64,000 nt of DNA from the NCBI RefSeq assembly GCF_020745735.1, contig NC_083408.1:59054484-59118483 (forward strand), read 5' to 3'. Both the position numbers and the translations under genes were made by a program. The notes under the pieces are model-generated. The model saw only the letters and a list, made by a program, of their open reading frames with translations. It did not search any database and had not been told where the DNA came from. This stretch comes from Hemiscyllium ocellatum (Eukaryota). Below are positions 11,672 to 25,136 of this stretch, piece by piece (within the stretch, counting starts at the first letter, position 1; each line of letters begins with the position of its first letter).

Positions 11672-12385
11672 ATGATTCGTTCAGAGTCCCGACAGTGCAG
11701 AAAGAGGTCATTCGGCCCACTGACGCTGCATCTATCCTCCAAAGAGCATCCCCCCCCACACCCAACACCCACCCCCCACCCTACCATGGCTCATTCATCT
11801 AGCTTGCACATTCCTGTACACGACAGGGCAATTTAGCATAGCCAAGCCACCTAACCTGCACATCTTTGGACTATGGGAGGAAACCAATGCACCTGGTGGA
11901 AACCCACAAAGAAACGGAGAACAAACTCCACGCAGGTAGTCATAAAGATGTGCAGCATGGAAACACTCTTCAGACCAACTCATCCATGCTGACCAGGTAT
12001 CCTAAATTAATTTAGTCCCATTTGCTAGCATTTGGCCTTTATCCCTCTTAAACCCTTCCTATTCAAAGACCCATCCCGATGCCTTTTAAATGTTGCAATT
12101 GTACCAGCTACCATCACTTCCTCTGGCAGTTCATTCCATCAACAGACCACCCTCTGCATGAAAAAGTTGCCCATAGGTCCCTTTTTAAATCATTTCCCTC
12201 TCACTTTAAATCTACACTCTCTAGTTTTGGACTCCCCTATCCTGGGGAAAAGACATTGACTATTCACCCCATCCATGTTGCTCATGATTTTATTAACTTC
12301 TATAAGGTCACCCCAGTCGCACAAAGCTAGAATCAACCCAGGTCCCTGGCCCTGTGAGGTAGCAGACTGATCACTGTGCTCTCCT
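11672..12385 (-). mobile_element. HE1-type SINE interrupted by a CR1 3' fragment (~11942-12314)
   Basis: SINE body at 11672-11941 and tRNA-like head at 12315-12385 flank a LINE 3' end. AGTC occurs at both junctions. Confidence 0.7.
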
Positions 12386-12513
12386 GTGCTTCTGTTTAGT
12401 GCTTTCAAGCTTTTTTTTACTTACAGACATACTTTTTAATTCTGTTCAGCCTTGTGCTGAAATTTATTTAAGTTGAGGTGCATTAGCAATGCTATATTGT
12501 TTTCTCATGATGT

Positions 12514-13202
12514 TGTAAAGGTTTATAACATATTTTGGAAAATTGAATCGGAAAGTGGGTTTTTGGTTTATGTCTGTAAAAGGGTTAACAGGTCTGAAAG
12601 TAATTTTTAACAACAATGCTGTCAAAACAGCCTTTTCCAGGAGGCATGTGACTTAAGCCCAATGACTCAGGGTAACACCTGGGGAATTACTTGCTGAATG
12701 TTTATTAAGTTGAATTTTATGACTGCAGAAACAGATGATAGAAACATTTTGAGTTGAGATGGGGTTAATTTATACCAGGGAAGGTAGTTTTAGTTTTGCA
12801 GAAGTCTCTAGGTTCTAGAGAGTTAGAAATCTCTAGGCCATCAGATTGGAAAGAAGTCTTAAGCTGTTTCACAGCAGTCAAAGGCTGCAAAGAGGCAGTT
12901 AAGTAATAAAAAAAATTGAAGGCTGCAGATAGGAGCAATACTTACTGATCAAGTGTCTGTGAAGAAGGAACAGGTTAAATCTTTTTGCTCTCTGTGAAGT
13001 TTTGCAAAAATTGTCATTACATACAGTTGATTTCAGTCATCAATTTGTGTTCTTTTGTGGAAAATACATGTGAACTCTTTATGACTACATTTGATGACTT
13101 GTCACAGTGGTAACAAATTTTGCAAAAATAAAACTTGATTTATCAAGGTAGGTTTCTTACTGGGATCTGATGTGTCCAATATTATCATCATAGTCCATGA
13201 CA
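12514..13202 (+). mobile_element. Solo LTR (689 bp) with 4-bp TSD
   Basis: Begins TGTAA, ends TGACA, flanked by ATGT at 12510-12513 and 13203-13206. AATAAA at 13127-13132, ~70 bp before the 3' end. Confidence 0.6.
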
Positions 13203-13391
13203 ATGTTAAAAGTAAGATATAAATTCAAATCAGGACCTGACCAGATACTAGCAAAATAGGGTTAGAGGTTTTGATGAACTTTCAAACACTTGATAATTTT
13301 AATTCCAGTCCAGTATTTTCTCTTAAACATAGATATTAAATTTCCAACTGGGAAATGTACATCAAGTACTGGAGGACTGGAACTACAGCTA

Positions 13392-13845
13392 GAGTCATAT
13401 AGCATGAAAACAGACTCATCAATGCTGATCAGATTTCCTAATCTAAACTGGTCCCATTTGCCTGTGTTTGGCCCATATCCTCTCAACCGTTCCTATTCAT
13501 GTACCAGTCCAAATGTCTTTTAACTGTTATAATTGTACCCACCTCTCCCACTTCCTCTGGCAACTGGTTCCATATATGCACCACCCTCTGTGAAAAAGTT
13601 GCCTCTGAAATCCCTTTTAATTCTCTCCACACCATTCACCTTAAACCCATGCTGTCTAGTTTTGGACTTCTCTACTTTAGGAAAAAGATCTTGGATATTC
13701 ATCTTATCGAAGCCGCTCATGATTTTATAAACCTCTATAAGGTTACCCCTCAACCTCCAACATTCCATGGAAAAAGCCCCAGTATCTTCATCCTCTCCTT
13801 ATAACTCAAACCTTCAAGTCTTGGCAACATCCTTGTAAATATTTC
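13392..13845 (-). mobile_element. CR1 LINE 3' fragment
   Basis: ORF 13520-13768 (RLRGNLIEVYKIM...RGNFFT) plus 3' UTR and AGAGTCAT tail. Confidence 0.85.
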
Positions 13846-13867
13846 ATAAAAATCTAAAATAAAACAG

Positions 13868-13970
13868 CTATGAATGTTGAAGATCTGAAACAAAAACAAA
13901 TTGCTGGAGAAGCTCAGCAGGTCTGGAAGTACCTGTGGAAAGAAAGCTGAGTTAATATTTTGAGTCCATT
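13868..13970 (-). mobile_element. Decayed Penelope-pLTR-like repeat (second family)
   Basis: AAACAAAAACAAATTGCTGGAGAAGCTCAGCAGGTCTGG motif. Related pieces at ~34060-34170, 35525-35725, 37400-37760 and 58250-58650. Confidence 0.45.
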
Positions 13971-14589
13971 TTTCTGTGACTCTTTGGTAGAACTGGTTGC
14001 AAAAACCGAATTATATTCATTACATAGTTGAATGTAGGAGCAGTGATAGTTATTTTCATTAAAACCTTTGGAATAGATTGCCACTTACAAAGCAAAATAC
14101 AACAGCCTTGGCTCATGTTCATCTTCAAGTGAAGCAGTTGTGGTTTCAGGTTGAATTAGTCTGTCTAGTGTTAAGGGTGTGCTACACCAGCTGTGGTTCA
14201 GTTGTTTGGAGAAGATATTAAAATCAAGTCCAATCTGTCTTCTAAAGTGGATATAAAAGATCCCAAGACATTGTTTCAAAGAATCACAAGGGAAAACTCC
14301 CTTGTATGTTTATCCTTTGGCTAGATCCAGTAAGATAGATCACTTATCATTTTACGTGAATCTGTGCAAAACCACTGTACTTACTATGTAACAATATTCA
14401 TTATGTTTCAAACATACTTCATTAGCTGGGAGATCTGTAGATGAGAGATGCTATATTAATGCAAGTTATTTTTCTTCATTGCTATTGGCAATATTCATTA
14501 TGTTTTGAGGATTTCAATAGAAAGCTTAATTTTAATTTCAGTGAAAATGTCATTGTGATAAAATTGCAGTTCAGTAAATAAAATCTTGC

Positions 14590-16700
14590 AGCACAAAAAA
14601 GAACATTTCAGCCTATTGTGTTACTCTCTGAAATAGATATTGTTAACGGTACCTGAGTCCACCATCCTTTCGGTGGTTTATTCCAAATTTTAACAGCATG
14701 TGTGAAGTATTTTTTTCCCTCACTTCTCTCTTGTCAATTTTAAAACTGTAACTCTCAATTGAATTTGGCAAAGAAAGTAATTTTTCCTGTTATCTCCACT
14801 AAAACCCTTCCAAATTTTGAATACGTCCTCAGTCTTCCTTGACCTTCTCTGCTCCAAGCAGAACAATCCCAACTTTTCTGTTCATGTAACCATGATTGGT
14901 CCTACTGACAAACCCTTTCCACAGCTTTCCTAATGTGTGGTACCTAACTAATTTAATATCCCTATTTATAAAGCCATTTTTCCAATACGCTTTAACCGCG
15001 TTGTCAATTTGCTCTGCACATGTAGATTTCAAGCTTTCATGAATTTGTGAATATTTATTTCCATGGGCTCTCCAGTCCCTCAACAATACAATACTTTTTA
15101 GATTATCTTGTCAGTTTATGTTGTTTCTTCCAAAGTGTGGCACATCACAAATTTCTGCAATAAATTATGTCTGTCTGTTGTCTTAATTCATCGGGGCCAC
15201 TATTCCCTAGAGTTGTCTCAAACATTGTGTACTTATTTTAAAATCTTTAATATTTCCCAATTTTTGAACAAGGTCTCTGTAGTTAGCAAGAATTAGTATT
15301 TATTACAAGTAATTTGACTCGAACTGCAGATAAATCATCAGCGAATAATACTATAAATTAAAACTGCTCCCTGAACTCTTCCTTACAGATAGACAGAGGA
15401 AAGAACTGGAGACCTCTTTGTACAGCATTTTGTTGAGCTGGTACTTGCTTATCTGAACATTTCTTTCTAGCATTCTCTTTTTCAGAATGCTTCTACTGGT
15501 TTGCAAGAGGCACTGATATTAATTAAAAGTCACAGCTTACAGTAACTGTAGAAAGAAAGTTGAATTGGTTTTCTTCAGGTTTGAAATGAGTTTTGACTGC
15601 AGAGAACAGAGACAGCTTCTCAACTAGTGAGGATCAAATCCCGTCTCTGTTACTTCTTCCCAGTTCCAAACTATTCAGTTACCTGACAAGCAATCTTGCT
15701 GCTACTGGGAGGCAGTAGACTTCTCATTACGAGTTAATAGATCAATCAATTTCAGTTGCCACCCAACTGAGTCTGTACACAACTCCTCAGCTCCTGGCTT
15801 ATACTACCACTTCAATTGGTTTGATGTTATACATGGGTGTTGGGTTATTTGCTTTTCAAAATATGAAACCACCATTCAAAGCACTGTTTTTGAAAACAAT
15901 TCTTTCTTTTTTAGTTCAAAATTTTACAATGTACAAAAATAAAAATACATATTTCTTACACTATTCAATCCAACTGTTTATATTCAGTGCCTATCCTGCT
16001 CACAATTTACCATTTTACCAAGTTTTGTCACCAGCAACCAAATTCAGGTCTTTTATATAAAACAAGAGAGGTTATGGTCCTAATCTGGTGTTCCCCACGA
16101 CATAATTTTCTACAGTCAGAAAAATGTTTGCTCATTGCTCAGTAACTCAAATCTTGTCCCTCTCTCTTTCTAACTTTTCTTAGGCCCACAAACCTGCAGT
16201 GCTGACTTCTTGCCTTGGTGGCCATGCCTTTACTGTTCAGACTCATAGACATCTGCAGCCTGGAAAATGGCTCTCTAGTACATTTCGTTCACACTGGTTA
16301 AAAATAATTGCTGAATTATTCTAGTCCAGTTTTCTAGTACCTTGGCTCATATCCTTATATGCCTTGATGTTGCAAGTGCACATCTAAATACAATTTAAAT
16401 GATTTAATGGTTTTTGCTTCTATCACCCTTCTAGGTAATGTGTTCCAGATTCCCACCACCTTCTGGATGGCAACGTTTTTCCTTCAGCTCCTCTAAACTG
16501 CCAGCCCCTTACCTTTAATCTGTGCTCCCTAGTCATTGATCATTCCATCAATTAGAAAAGTTTTATTCCTGTCTTCCCTGTCAATGCACTTCATAATTTT
16601 ATACATCTCAAGCATGTTGCCTTTGTATCTTCTCTGCCCATAGGAAAAACTTCTCTCCATAACTGAAACTCTCGAACCCAGCCTAAGCCTTAAATTCTGA
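14590..16700 (-). mobile_element. Old decayed LINE fragments (~14590-15090 and ~16245-16700)
   Basis: Degenerate LINE 3' ORF and UTR motifs (e.g. YKIMKCIDRED in ORF 16529-16783). Boundaries approximate. Confidence 0.45.
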
Positions 16701-17624
16701 AATTCTTTTGTCATCTGTTCTAATTCCTCCAGCTTTGACTTGGTGCATTTTTTTTTCCCAGTAATTACATTCTTGAGGCACATTGAAACATTTCACTAGG
16801 TTAAAGGCACTAAATGTTAGCTGTTGTTTACCAATCTTCTTTGCATATAACTTACAGAAACTGTAACTTTAATTTAAACTTTTGGATAATTGGGTTTTTT
16901 TTCTTGGTGATTGCCCGAAAATGACCATACTTCCTGCATCTAATCTTACCATAATTTTGATATAATTGATGTTCGCCTACGTCCTGTCCCCAATGCTTGC
17001 TTCTTTCTGTAATCCTTAGCTTTCGGTTTTGATAATTCCGAAAGACATCCTTGATGGTCAATTAACAATGGAATGGAACAGGTGAAAAATGATGCATCTG
17101 GACCATCGTGTTTATGTGAGTTTGAGCTAATAATATTCTTAAGTGAAAAGAAGCTTAATATTTTGGAATAAGATCAAAAGATTCTACAGAACTTTACTGG
17201 ATAAATGTTTGAATGAACGTGTGGAATTCTTGCATTTGTATGGAAATTGAATTCTTAATTTCACAGATTATGAAAGACGCTTTGAGTGTAATCACTTCTT
17301 TAATTCTCCTTTTTACTACACTCTGATTCTGTGTACCATCATTTAAAAATTAATTTTGATATTTTAGTTTACTCTTGCATCCTTGATTTGACCCATTTTT
17401 CTTATCAAGCTTTTCAGAGGTGTTATTTTACACTTCTGGAGCAGATGGAATTGAACTCAGGCACCTCAAACCAAGAGTAGGCCCATCCTTGGTTTGATCA
17501 TGTGCCCGATTGGCAGAAATGCTTCTGTTTCATTGAATGAATTGATTGATTTTTATGTTGGCTAACTTTATTACACTGGCTCGTACCTGTTCACTGTCTA
17601 TCTGTTTATCTTTTCTCAATTAGT

Positions 17625-17910
17625 TAGTGGGATCATCCCTCATCCCTTCACTGAGTGGCTTTCAGGAGCAATTAAGAGTCAACTACATGCTGCGAATAAA
17701 GATCTGCCAGATTCCTTTCCCCCAAAGAACATTATTTATTATACCAACTGGTAGTAGTTACATGGTGTCCATTAGACGAACTTTGATTGCAGAATTTTAT
17801 AAAATTCAAATTCCACCACTTGCTACGGTGGGATTTGAATCTGTGGTCCTCTGAACATTAGCCCAGGGCTCTGGATTAGTAGGCTGATGAATTTGTCACT
17901 ATCCACCACC
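17625..17910 (-). mobile_element. Second tRNA-headed SINE-like family
   Basis: Similar to 32583-32651/33461-33720 and ~63000-63235, with a GGATTTGAATC B-box-like segment. Confidence 0.5.
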
Positions 17911-18454
17911 TAGCCACTAACTTTGCCCGTTGGCAAGACCAAAACTTTACATTGTAAATTAAGGTACTTAATTACAGGGATTTAAGATGGAACTTCTTTA
18001 CCCAGAAAATAGTTAGAATATGGGCTGTGTTACCTCAATAAGTGTAGATGCATTCAAAAGAAAGTTAGGTAAGCACATAAGATAGATAGGACTGGAAGGA
18101 TTTGCTTAATGAATTAGATGAAAAAGGGTTGGAGGACAATGGAATGCAAAACCATGGACTTGCTAAGCCGAATCAAATGTTTGAGTTGTAAGTGCATTTA
18201 ATAATTTGTAAAATATTATCTTTATGTATTGTAATTGAAGGATGTGTATTTGTACCACTGCTGCTGGTTTACACATCAATTTAATGACTAATCTAGAAAT
18301 TCAGAATCACCGAAAGCCTTTTGAAAGTGGTGGAATATTAAAATCTGTTAAACAGAAAACTTGTTTTAAAATTCTGTTCATGGCTGGATTCAGTTTTCAG
18401 CAATGGATCGCTCCTCTAACTCAAACTTAATATTTGATTATTGTAGTCTGTTCA

Positions 18455-20290
18455 TAGTCATACAGCATGGAAACAGACCCTTCGGTCCAACTCCTCTGCA
18501 GCAACCGGACATCCCAGTCTGACCTAGTCCTGTTTGCCAGCATTTGACCCATATTCTTATAAACCCTTCCTTTTCATATGCCCTTCCCAATGTCTTTCAT
18601 ATGTTGTATCCATCTCTACCACGTCATCTCTCAGCACCCTCTGTGTAAGAAAGTTACTCCTTGGGTCCTTTTTAAATCTTTCCCCTCATACATTAAACTT
18701 ATTCCCCCTAATTTTGGACTAATCCACCTTAGGAAAAAGACCCTGGCTGTTCACCCTATCCATGCCCCTCATAATTTTATAAACCTCTATGAAGTTACTC
18801 CCTCAGCCTCTGACACTCCAGAGAAAAAAGCCCCAGCTAATTCAGCCTCTCCCTATAACTCCAGTCATAGTAACAACCTTGTAAATCTTTTCTGCACCCT
18901 CTCAAGTTTCACAACATCCTTCCTATAGAAAGGCGACGTGAATCATATGCAGTATTCTAACAGTAGCCTCACGATTGTCCTGTACTGCCACATGACCCAA
19001 CTCCTATACTCAGTGTTTTGGCAAATGAAGGCAAGCGTGCCATCTTCACCATCCTGTCTACCTGCAACTCCATTTCAAGGAATTATGCACTTGCACCCTG
19101 AGGTCTCTTTGTTCGGCAATAGTCCCCAAGACCATACAGCTAACTGTAAAAACCCTGTCATGTTTTGCCTTACCAAAATGCTGCACCTCACATTTATTTA
19201 AATTATACTCCATCATCAGCCACTCCTCGGCCCATTGGCCCATCTGATCAAGGTCCAATGAGGTAATCATCTTCACTGTCCACTGCACCTATTTTGGCGT
19301 CATCTGAAAACTTATGAACCATGGCATCTATATTCACATCCAAGTCATTTCTATAAATGACAAAGTTTGGACCCAGCACTGATCCTTGTGGCACACTGCT
19401 GGTAATAGGCTTCCAGTACAAAATGCAAATCTTTGGATGTAGGTTTGCTCACTGAGCTGGAAGGTTCATTTCCAGATGTTTCATCACCCTACTAGGTAAC
19501 ATCTTCAGCAGGCCTCCAGGCAAAGCACTGTTGCTGATTCCTGCTTTCTATTTCTATGTTTGGGTTTTTTGGGTTGATGTCATTTCCTGTGGTGACATCA
19601 TTTCCTGTCCTTTTTCTCAGGAGGTGATAGATGGGGTCTCACTCGATGTGTTTGTTGATAGTGTTGTCCCAGTCGAAGTGATGTCTGTCCTTATCTGTAT
19701 GTAAGGATACTAGTGAGAGAGGGTCATGTCATTTTGTGGCTAGTTGATGTTCATGTATCCTGGTGGCTCATTTTCTGGTGGATAAACAGGCAGAAAAGCG
19801 CATCCATCCTAAAACAAGCCAGACAGAGACATGCACGAGAATTCCTAGAAGCGTGGCATTCCAACCGGAACGCTATCAACAAACACATCGAGTTAGACCC
19901 CATCTACCACTCCCTGAGAAAAGGAACCAGAAGTGACTTCACCAATCCAAAGAAACCCAAACATATAAATAGAAAGCAGGAATCAGCAGCAGTGCTTTGC
20001 CTGGAGGCCCACTGAAGATGTTGCCTAGCAGGGTGATGAAATGTCTGGAGTGAACCTTCCGGCTCAGTGAGCAAACCTACATCCAGAACCTCAATCTGAG
20101 CTACAAATCGTCTCAAACTTCAATAATGCAAATCTCTATTATAACCTTCTTCTTCCTACCTTCAAGTCAATTTTGTGTCTGATTAGCTAGCTCCCCTGGA
20201 TCCCATGCGATCTAACCTTACTAACCGGCATACCATGTGGAAGATTTGTCGAGTGCTTTGCTGAAGTCGATATAGCTCTCATTGTAAGAG
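18455..20290 (-). mobile_element. CR1 LINE 3' part, interrupted by a Penelope insertion
   Basis: AGTCATACAGCATGGAAACAG 3' end and RT remnants (LDQMGQWAEEW, LPHGMPVSKVRSHGIQG) resume after 20135. Confidence 0.8.
19433..20124 (+). mobile_element. Penelope-like retroelement 3' fragment with inverted pLTRs and 11-bp TSD
   Basis: GIY-YIG C-terminal remnants on opposite strands: RIHEHQLATK*HDPLSLVSLHTDKDRHHFDWDN (minus, ~19660-19770) and SILKQARQRHAREFLEAWHSNRNAINKHIELDPIY (plus, ~19800-19910). ~140-bp terminal inverted repeats. AATGCAAATCT at 19422-19432 and 20125-20135. Confidence 0.85.
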
Positions 20291-20789
20291 CTACATCATA
20301 ACTTACTTTGAAATTTGGTATTCTTGGATACTTGTAATTTTGTCTTGATGTGTACCAAACAAAAATCTTCAAATAAAACTTTTTTCAACTATACTCGCTC
20401 TAACTAGTAGCAGATTGTGAAGTATTATGTAATATTGACAGTATGATTTGAATTGTTTGTACCATAGTCCGTGCTAGTCTTTATGTTCCAAACAAAGATC
20501 TTCACGTTACATTTGTTATGTTCTATCATTTTGTCAGAATCTTCCATCTGTTACCTTCTTGTAATTATCTCATATTCCCTTAGATGCATTAATGCTAGTT
20601 GGCATCACTGCTTGTTGTATTAGATATATTCCAACCATACCCTGGAATGACTTCTCTCTTGAGTTTACTATTGAGTTTGTTAATGATTGTGTCATGTTTA
20701 TGCTGTCACGTTCTGGATTCTGAGCCTGCAAGTGAATAGGTCTACAAAATTCTCTACAACTGTAATCTTAGATTTTGGTCATGTCATGT

Positions 20790-22550
20790 CTAAGTTTTCT
20801 CTTTCTAGAAAGAAGAACAAGATTGTTCAAAGTCTTAAAGCTTCAAAGTTCTGAATATTATCTCTCAATTCCAGTATTGTTCGACCAAATCTTGTTTTCA
20901 CTTTCTCCAGTGCTTCCTACATTCTTTAGCTATAAACAAGGACACCAGAACTGTTTAGTATTCTCAAGTGTGTTCCAACTTGGGTTTGACAGAAGTTTAA
21001 TATCCTGGCCCTTTGGAAGTGAGCCCCTAGTAGCCTTATGTAGGTGCAAACATCGGTCATTTGATACATCGTCACATTTGCCATTCAATGGATCATGCTG
21101 ATTGATAATCGTCAACTCAGTTTTCCTTCGTTTTCTCCCTCATGCCTCTTGATTGTCTAAACATCAGTCTACCTTGAAAAGAATTCCTCCCTGTTACTGT
21201 CTTTAAATTGGTGCCCCCACTCTTGAGATTTTGCATTCTGGTTCTAGAGGAGAAACTCCAAGGGGAAATTCAACTTCTCCATATCTACCCTGTCAAGCCT
21301 CTTAAGAATTTGGTATGGTTCAATAAAGTAGTCTCTTGTTCTTCTAAATTCCAATAAATAGAAGCACCAAACTACTTGAGCTCTCCTCAAAAGAAAATCT
21401 TTCCATGTCTATGATCAATCTAGTGTGCCTTCACTGGACTGTGTCCAATACCTCCTTAGGTAAAGGGACCAAAATTGTTCACAGTATTGTAGGTGTAATC
21501 TAACTATTGCCTTGTAAAAATTTTGAAAGAAACCCACCCTCATTCCCCTCAAATAAAGGTTATCATGATATTTGCCTTTCCTAGTGTCAATTGAACTTGA
21601 ATGCCAGCTTTTCGTGATACATGCACAAGGACTCCAAAATCTCTCTGTGCTGAAGCTTTCTGCAATGTTTCTCAACAAAATAAAATAATCTGCTCCTCTA
21701 TTCTTCCTGCCAAGATTTTGCCCACACACCTGTCTACATCGTTCGGCAGACTCTTTGTGTAATCTTCACCACTTGCCTTCCCACATAATCTGCAAACTTG
21801 ATGACAGTACGTTCAATTTCTTCATCAAAGTAATTAATGTATGTTGTCAATAATTGTACCTTTAATAGTCATCTCTTTGGCACTCCACTAATTACAGATT
21901 GCTATTCTGAAAATACTTACTTTATCCCAAATCTGTGCCTTTGATTAGTTAGCCTATCTTCTCTCCATGTTAATATGCTACATTCAACATCACGGGCTGT
22001 CATTTCATTAAGTAGCCTTATACGGAGTACTTATCTCCTGCCTTTTATATAACATAAATCCATATGTATGACACTTTCTAGCTCCTCTTTAACTATTCTG
22101 TTTGTTACTTCATCATAACTAATTCTAGTAACTTTTTCAGACATGCTTTCCCTTTTATGAAACCATGCTGATTCTGCTTGATTATGCATTTCTAAATGTC
22201 TAATATTGAATCCTTTATATCGTGCTCTCATGTGTCATTGAGAAAACACCTTAAGCTAACTGACCTATATATCTTTTGTTTTGTCTCTTTTCTTTCTTGA
22301 ATAAGGCTTTTGCCTTGGACGTTTCCAAGCATCCTTACCTTCTAGAATATTGCTAGCAGTGCATCCACTATCTCCGTAGCTACTTCCTTTAGTATCCTAG
22401 GATTCAACTCAGCAGGTCCAGGGATATTTTGACTTTAGCCCATTAGTTTCCCTTGTAGTCTTTCCCTGGTGATAATACAGGTGTTTATTTCCTCCACAGT
22501 GTTTGGCCTTAATTTAACATTTCCAGAATGCTGTTAGTGTCCGTTACCAT
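20790..22550 (-). mobile_element. Old decayed CR1/L2-like LINE sequence
   Basis: Degenerate RT remnants (e.g. FYKAIVRLHLQYCEQFWS in ORF 21415-21729). Boundaries approximate. Confidence 0.55.
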
Positions 22551-22564
22551 GAAGACTGGGTCCG

Positions 22565-23482
22565 CTACTTTTTGTCATTTACATAAATGATTTGGATGCG
22601 AGCAAAGGAGGTACAGTTAATAAGTTTGCAGATGACACCAAAATTAAAGGTGTAGTGGACAGCAAAGAGGGTTACCTCAGATTACAACATGATCTGGACC
22701 AGATGGGCCAATGGGCTGAAAAGTGGCAGATCGAGTTTAATTCAGATAAATGTGAGGTGCTGCATTTTGGGAAAGCAAATCTTATAGGACTTATACACTT
22801 AATAGTAAGGTCCTAGGGAGTGTTGCTGAACAAAGAGACCTTGGAGTGCAGGTTCATAGTTCCTTGAAAGTGGATTTGCAGGTAGATAGGATAGTGAAGA
22901 AGGCAATTGGTATGCTTTCCTTTATTGGTCAGAGTATTGAGTACAGGAGTTGGGAGGTCATGTTGCAGCTGTACAGGACATTGGTTAGACCACTCTTGGA
23001 ATATTGTGTGCAATTCTGGTCTCCTTCCTATTCGGAAAGATGTTGTGAAACTTGAAAGGTTTCAGAAAAGATTTACAAAGATGTTGCCGGGGTTGGAGGA
23101 TTTGAGCTACAGGGAGAGGCTGAACAGGTAGGGGCTGTTTTCCCTGGAGCGTCGAAGGCTGAGGAGTGACTTTATAGAGGTTTACAAAATTATGAGGGGC
23201 ATGGATAGGACAAATAGACAAAGTATATTCCTTGGGGTCGGGGAGTCCAGAACGAGAGGGGAAAGATACAAAAGAGACCTCAGGGGCAACTGTTTCACAC
23301 ACAGGGTGGTACGTGTAAGGGATGAGCTGCCAGAGGAAGTGGTGGAGGCTGGTACAATTGCAGCATTTAAAAAGCATTTGGATGGGTATATGAATAGGAA
23401 TGGTTTGGAGGGATATGGGCCAGGTGCCGGCATAGATGGGTTGGACCAAAGGGTCTGTTTCTGTGCTGTACATCTCTGTGAC
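22565..23482 (+). mobile_element. CR1 LINE 3' fragment (~0.9 kb)
   Basis: ORFs 22592-22816 (KFADDTK), 22846-23055 and 23192-23599, with a 3' UTR. Confidence 0.9.
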
Positions 23483-23499
23483 GAAAAGAATTTACTTGA

Positions 23500-24870
23500 C
23501 TCCTGTCCCACTTCATGGCTTCCTGTTATGATTTTCACAACTAATTCCTTAAGTGGCCTGTGTTCGCTTTGGTGCCTCTCTTCCTTTTCCTATATTTGAA
23601 GACTGTCTTATTATCTGTTTTCATATTTACTTGCAAGCTTACCATTGTAATTTAATTTCTCCCTCTTATTTCCTTGGTCAACTTTTGTTAACTTTTAGGA
23701 CATTCTGAAATTTTTGGTTTATCACTAATCCTTGTAACATCTGTTTCATTTTCAATTTGATGCTATCCTTAACTTTCTTTGTTAACTGTGGTTGGCTTAT
23801 CCTCTTCAGAGAATCTTCTTGCTCACAGGAAGAAATTTTTGTTTTGAATCATAAACATCTGCCATTGTTTAATCAACCACCTTTTCTGTTAAATTCCTTT
23901 CCCTGTCCACTGCAGCCAATTTAGCCCTCATACCAATGTAGCTTCCCTTATTTAAGTTTAGCACAGTTTTTAACATACCTTCCTCACTTAAAAGCTGAAT
24001 GCTACATTGTACCACTCACTGTTTAATATAGGATCTTTTATTCTGAGATCATTGACTAAACCTGCCTCACTACACATTTCCACATCTAAAATAGCTTGTC
24101 CGTAGTTGGATTCTAGGAAACTCTGGCATACACACCTTGAGTCCTTCCTCTGCTAATTTGATTTTTCTATTCTACATGAAGATTACAGTCACCCATAGTT
24201 AATGTATTGTGTTTTTTTACATGCCCTCAATATCTCTTGATTTATTCTCTATCCCACAGTATAGCTACTGAAAGGGAGGTATGACCTACTCACCTTTAAC
24301 GTCTTTCTCTTGTAGAATCCATATGGGTGATCCAAGGTAGTTTCTTGGTATTGCATTCATTCCATTCCATACTAAGAAAGCTACCTCACCACCTTCTCCT
24401 TTCTCCTGTCCTTTTGAAAAGTTGTGTACCCCTGCATATTTAGTTCTTAGCTTTGATCTCCTAACTATGATTATGCCCAACAACCTCTTTGCTTCATATA
24501 TCGCTTTTAAATAATGAACTGTTAATTTTGCCTTTTTTTCAGTTTGATCCTAATTGCTGCTGTTTTTCCAGGTTTGTATACTCTGTATCCCTTCCTGTCC
24601 CACACTGGGTATCATTACTGAAATAGTTGTCTGGCAAGGCTGTCATATTATTTTGCTTCAAATGCCTACATATCCTTCTCAACAGCTCTCCTTACATCTA
24701 ATTCGTTCAAAACCCATTCTAAAGCCCTAGTTATTTGACCTGCCAGTGTACTAGTTTCCACACTGTTCAAGTGAAATGGATCCTATTGGAGAAGCTTCCT
24801 TTTACTGCAGTATGGTGCCAACTGCCTCATTAACTAAAACCCATTCCTCCCATACTAATATACATAGAAA
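23500..24870 (-). mobile_element. Old decayed LINE endonuclease-region remnants
   Basis: Minus-strand remnants such as KGQEKGEGGEVAFLV. Continues the old element around the 22565 insertion. Approximate. Confidence 0.45.
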
Positions 24871-25136
24871 CTGTGGATGCTGGAGATCTAAAACACATAG
24901 GTAGAGGAATGCTTCCCTGTACTACTGTACTCTGGTCAGGTCACTCATTTTCTCTCTGCAGTCCCCACTCTCCATGCCTTCCAAAACCTTGTTTTTATTT
25001 GATAATTGCAGAGACTAAGGCTGCTCTAATTATCTCTTGAATCCCCATACCTACTTCACCTGCCCTGTCACGTCCCTGTCCCTGGTCACAGGCCAAATCT
25101 TAATTACCTCATGTGAGCATTATATCGTATCTTCTA

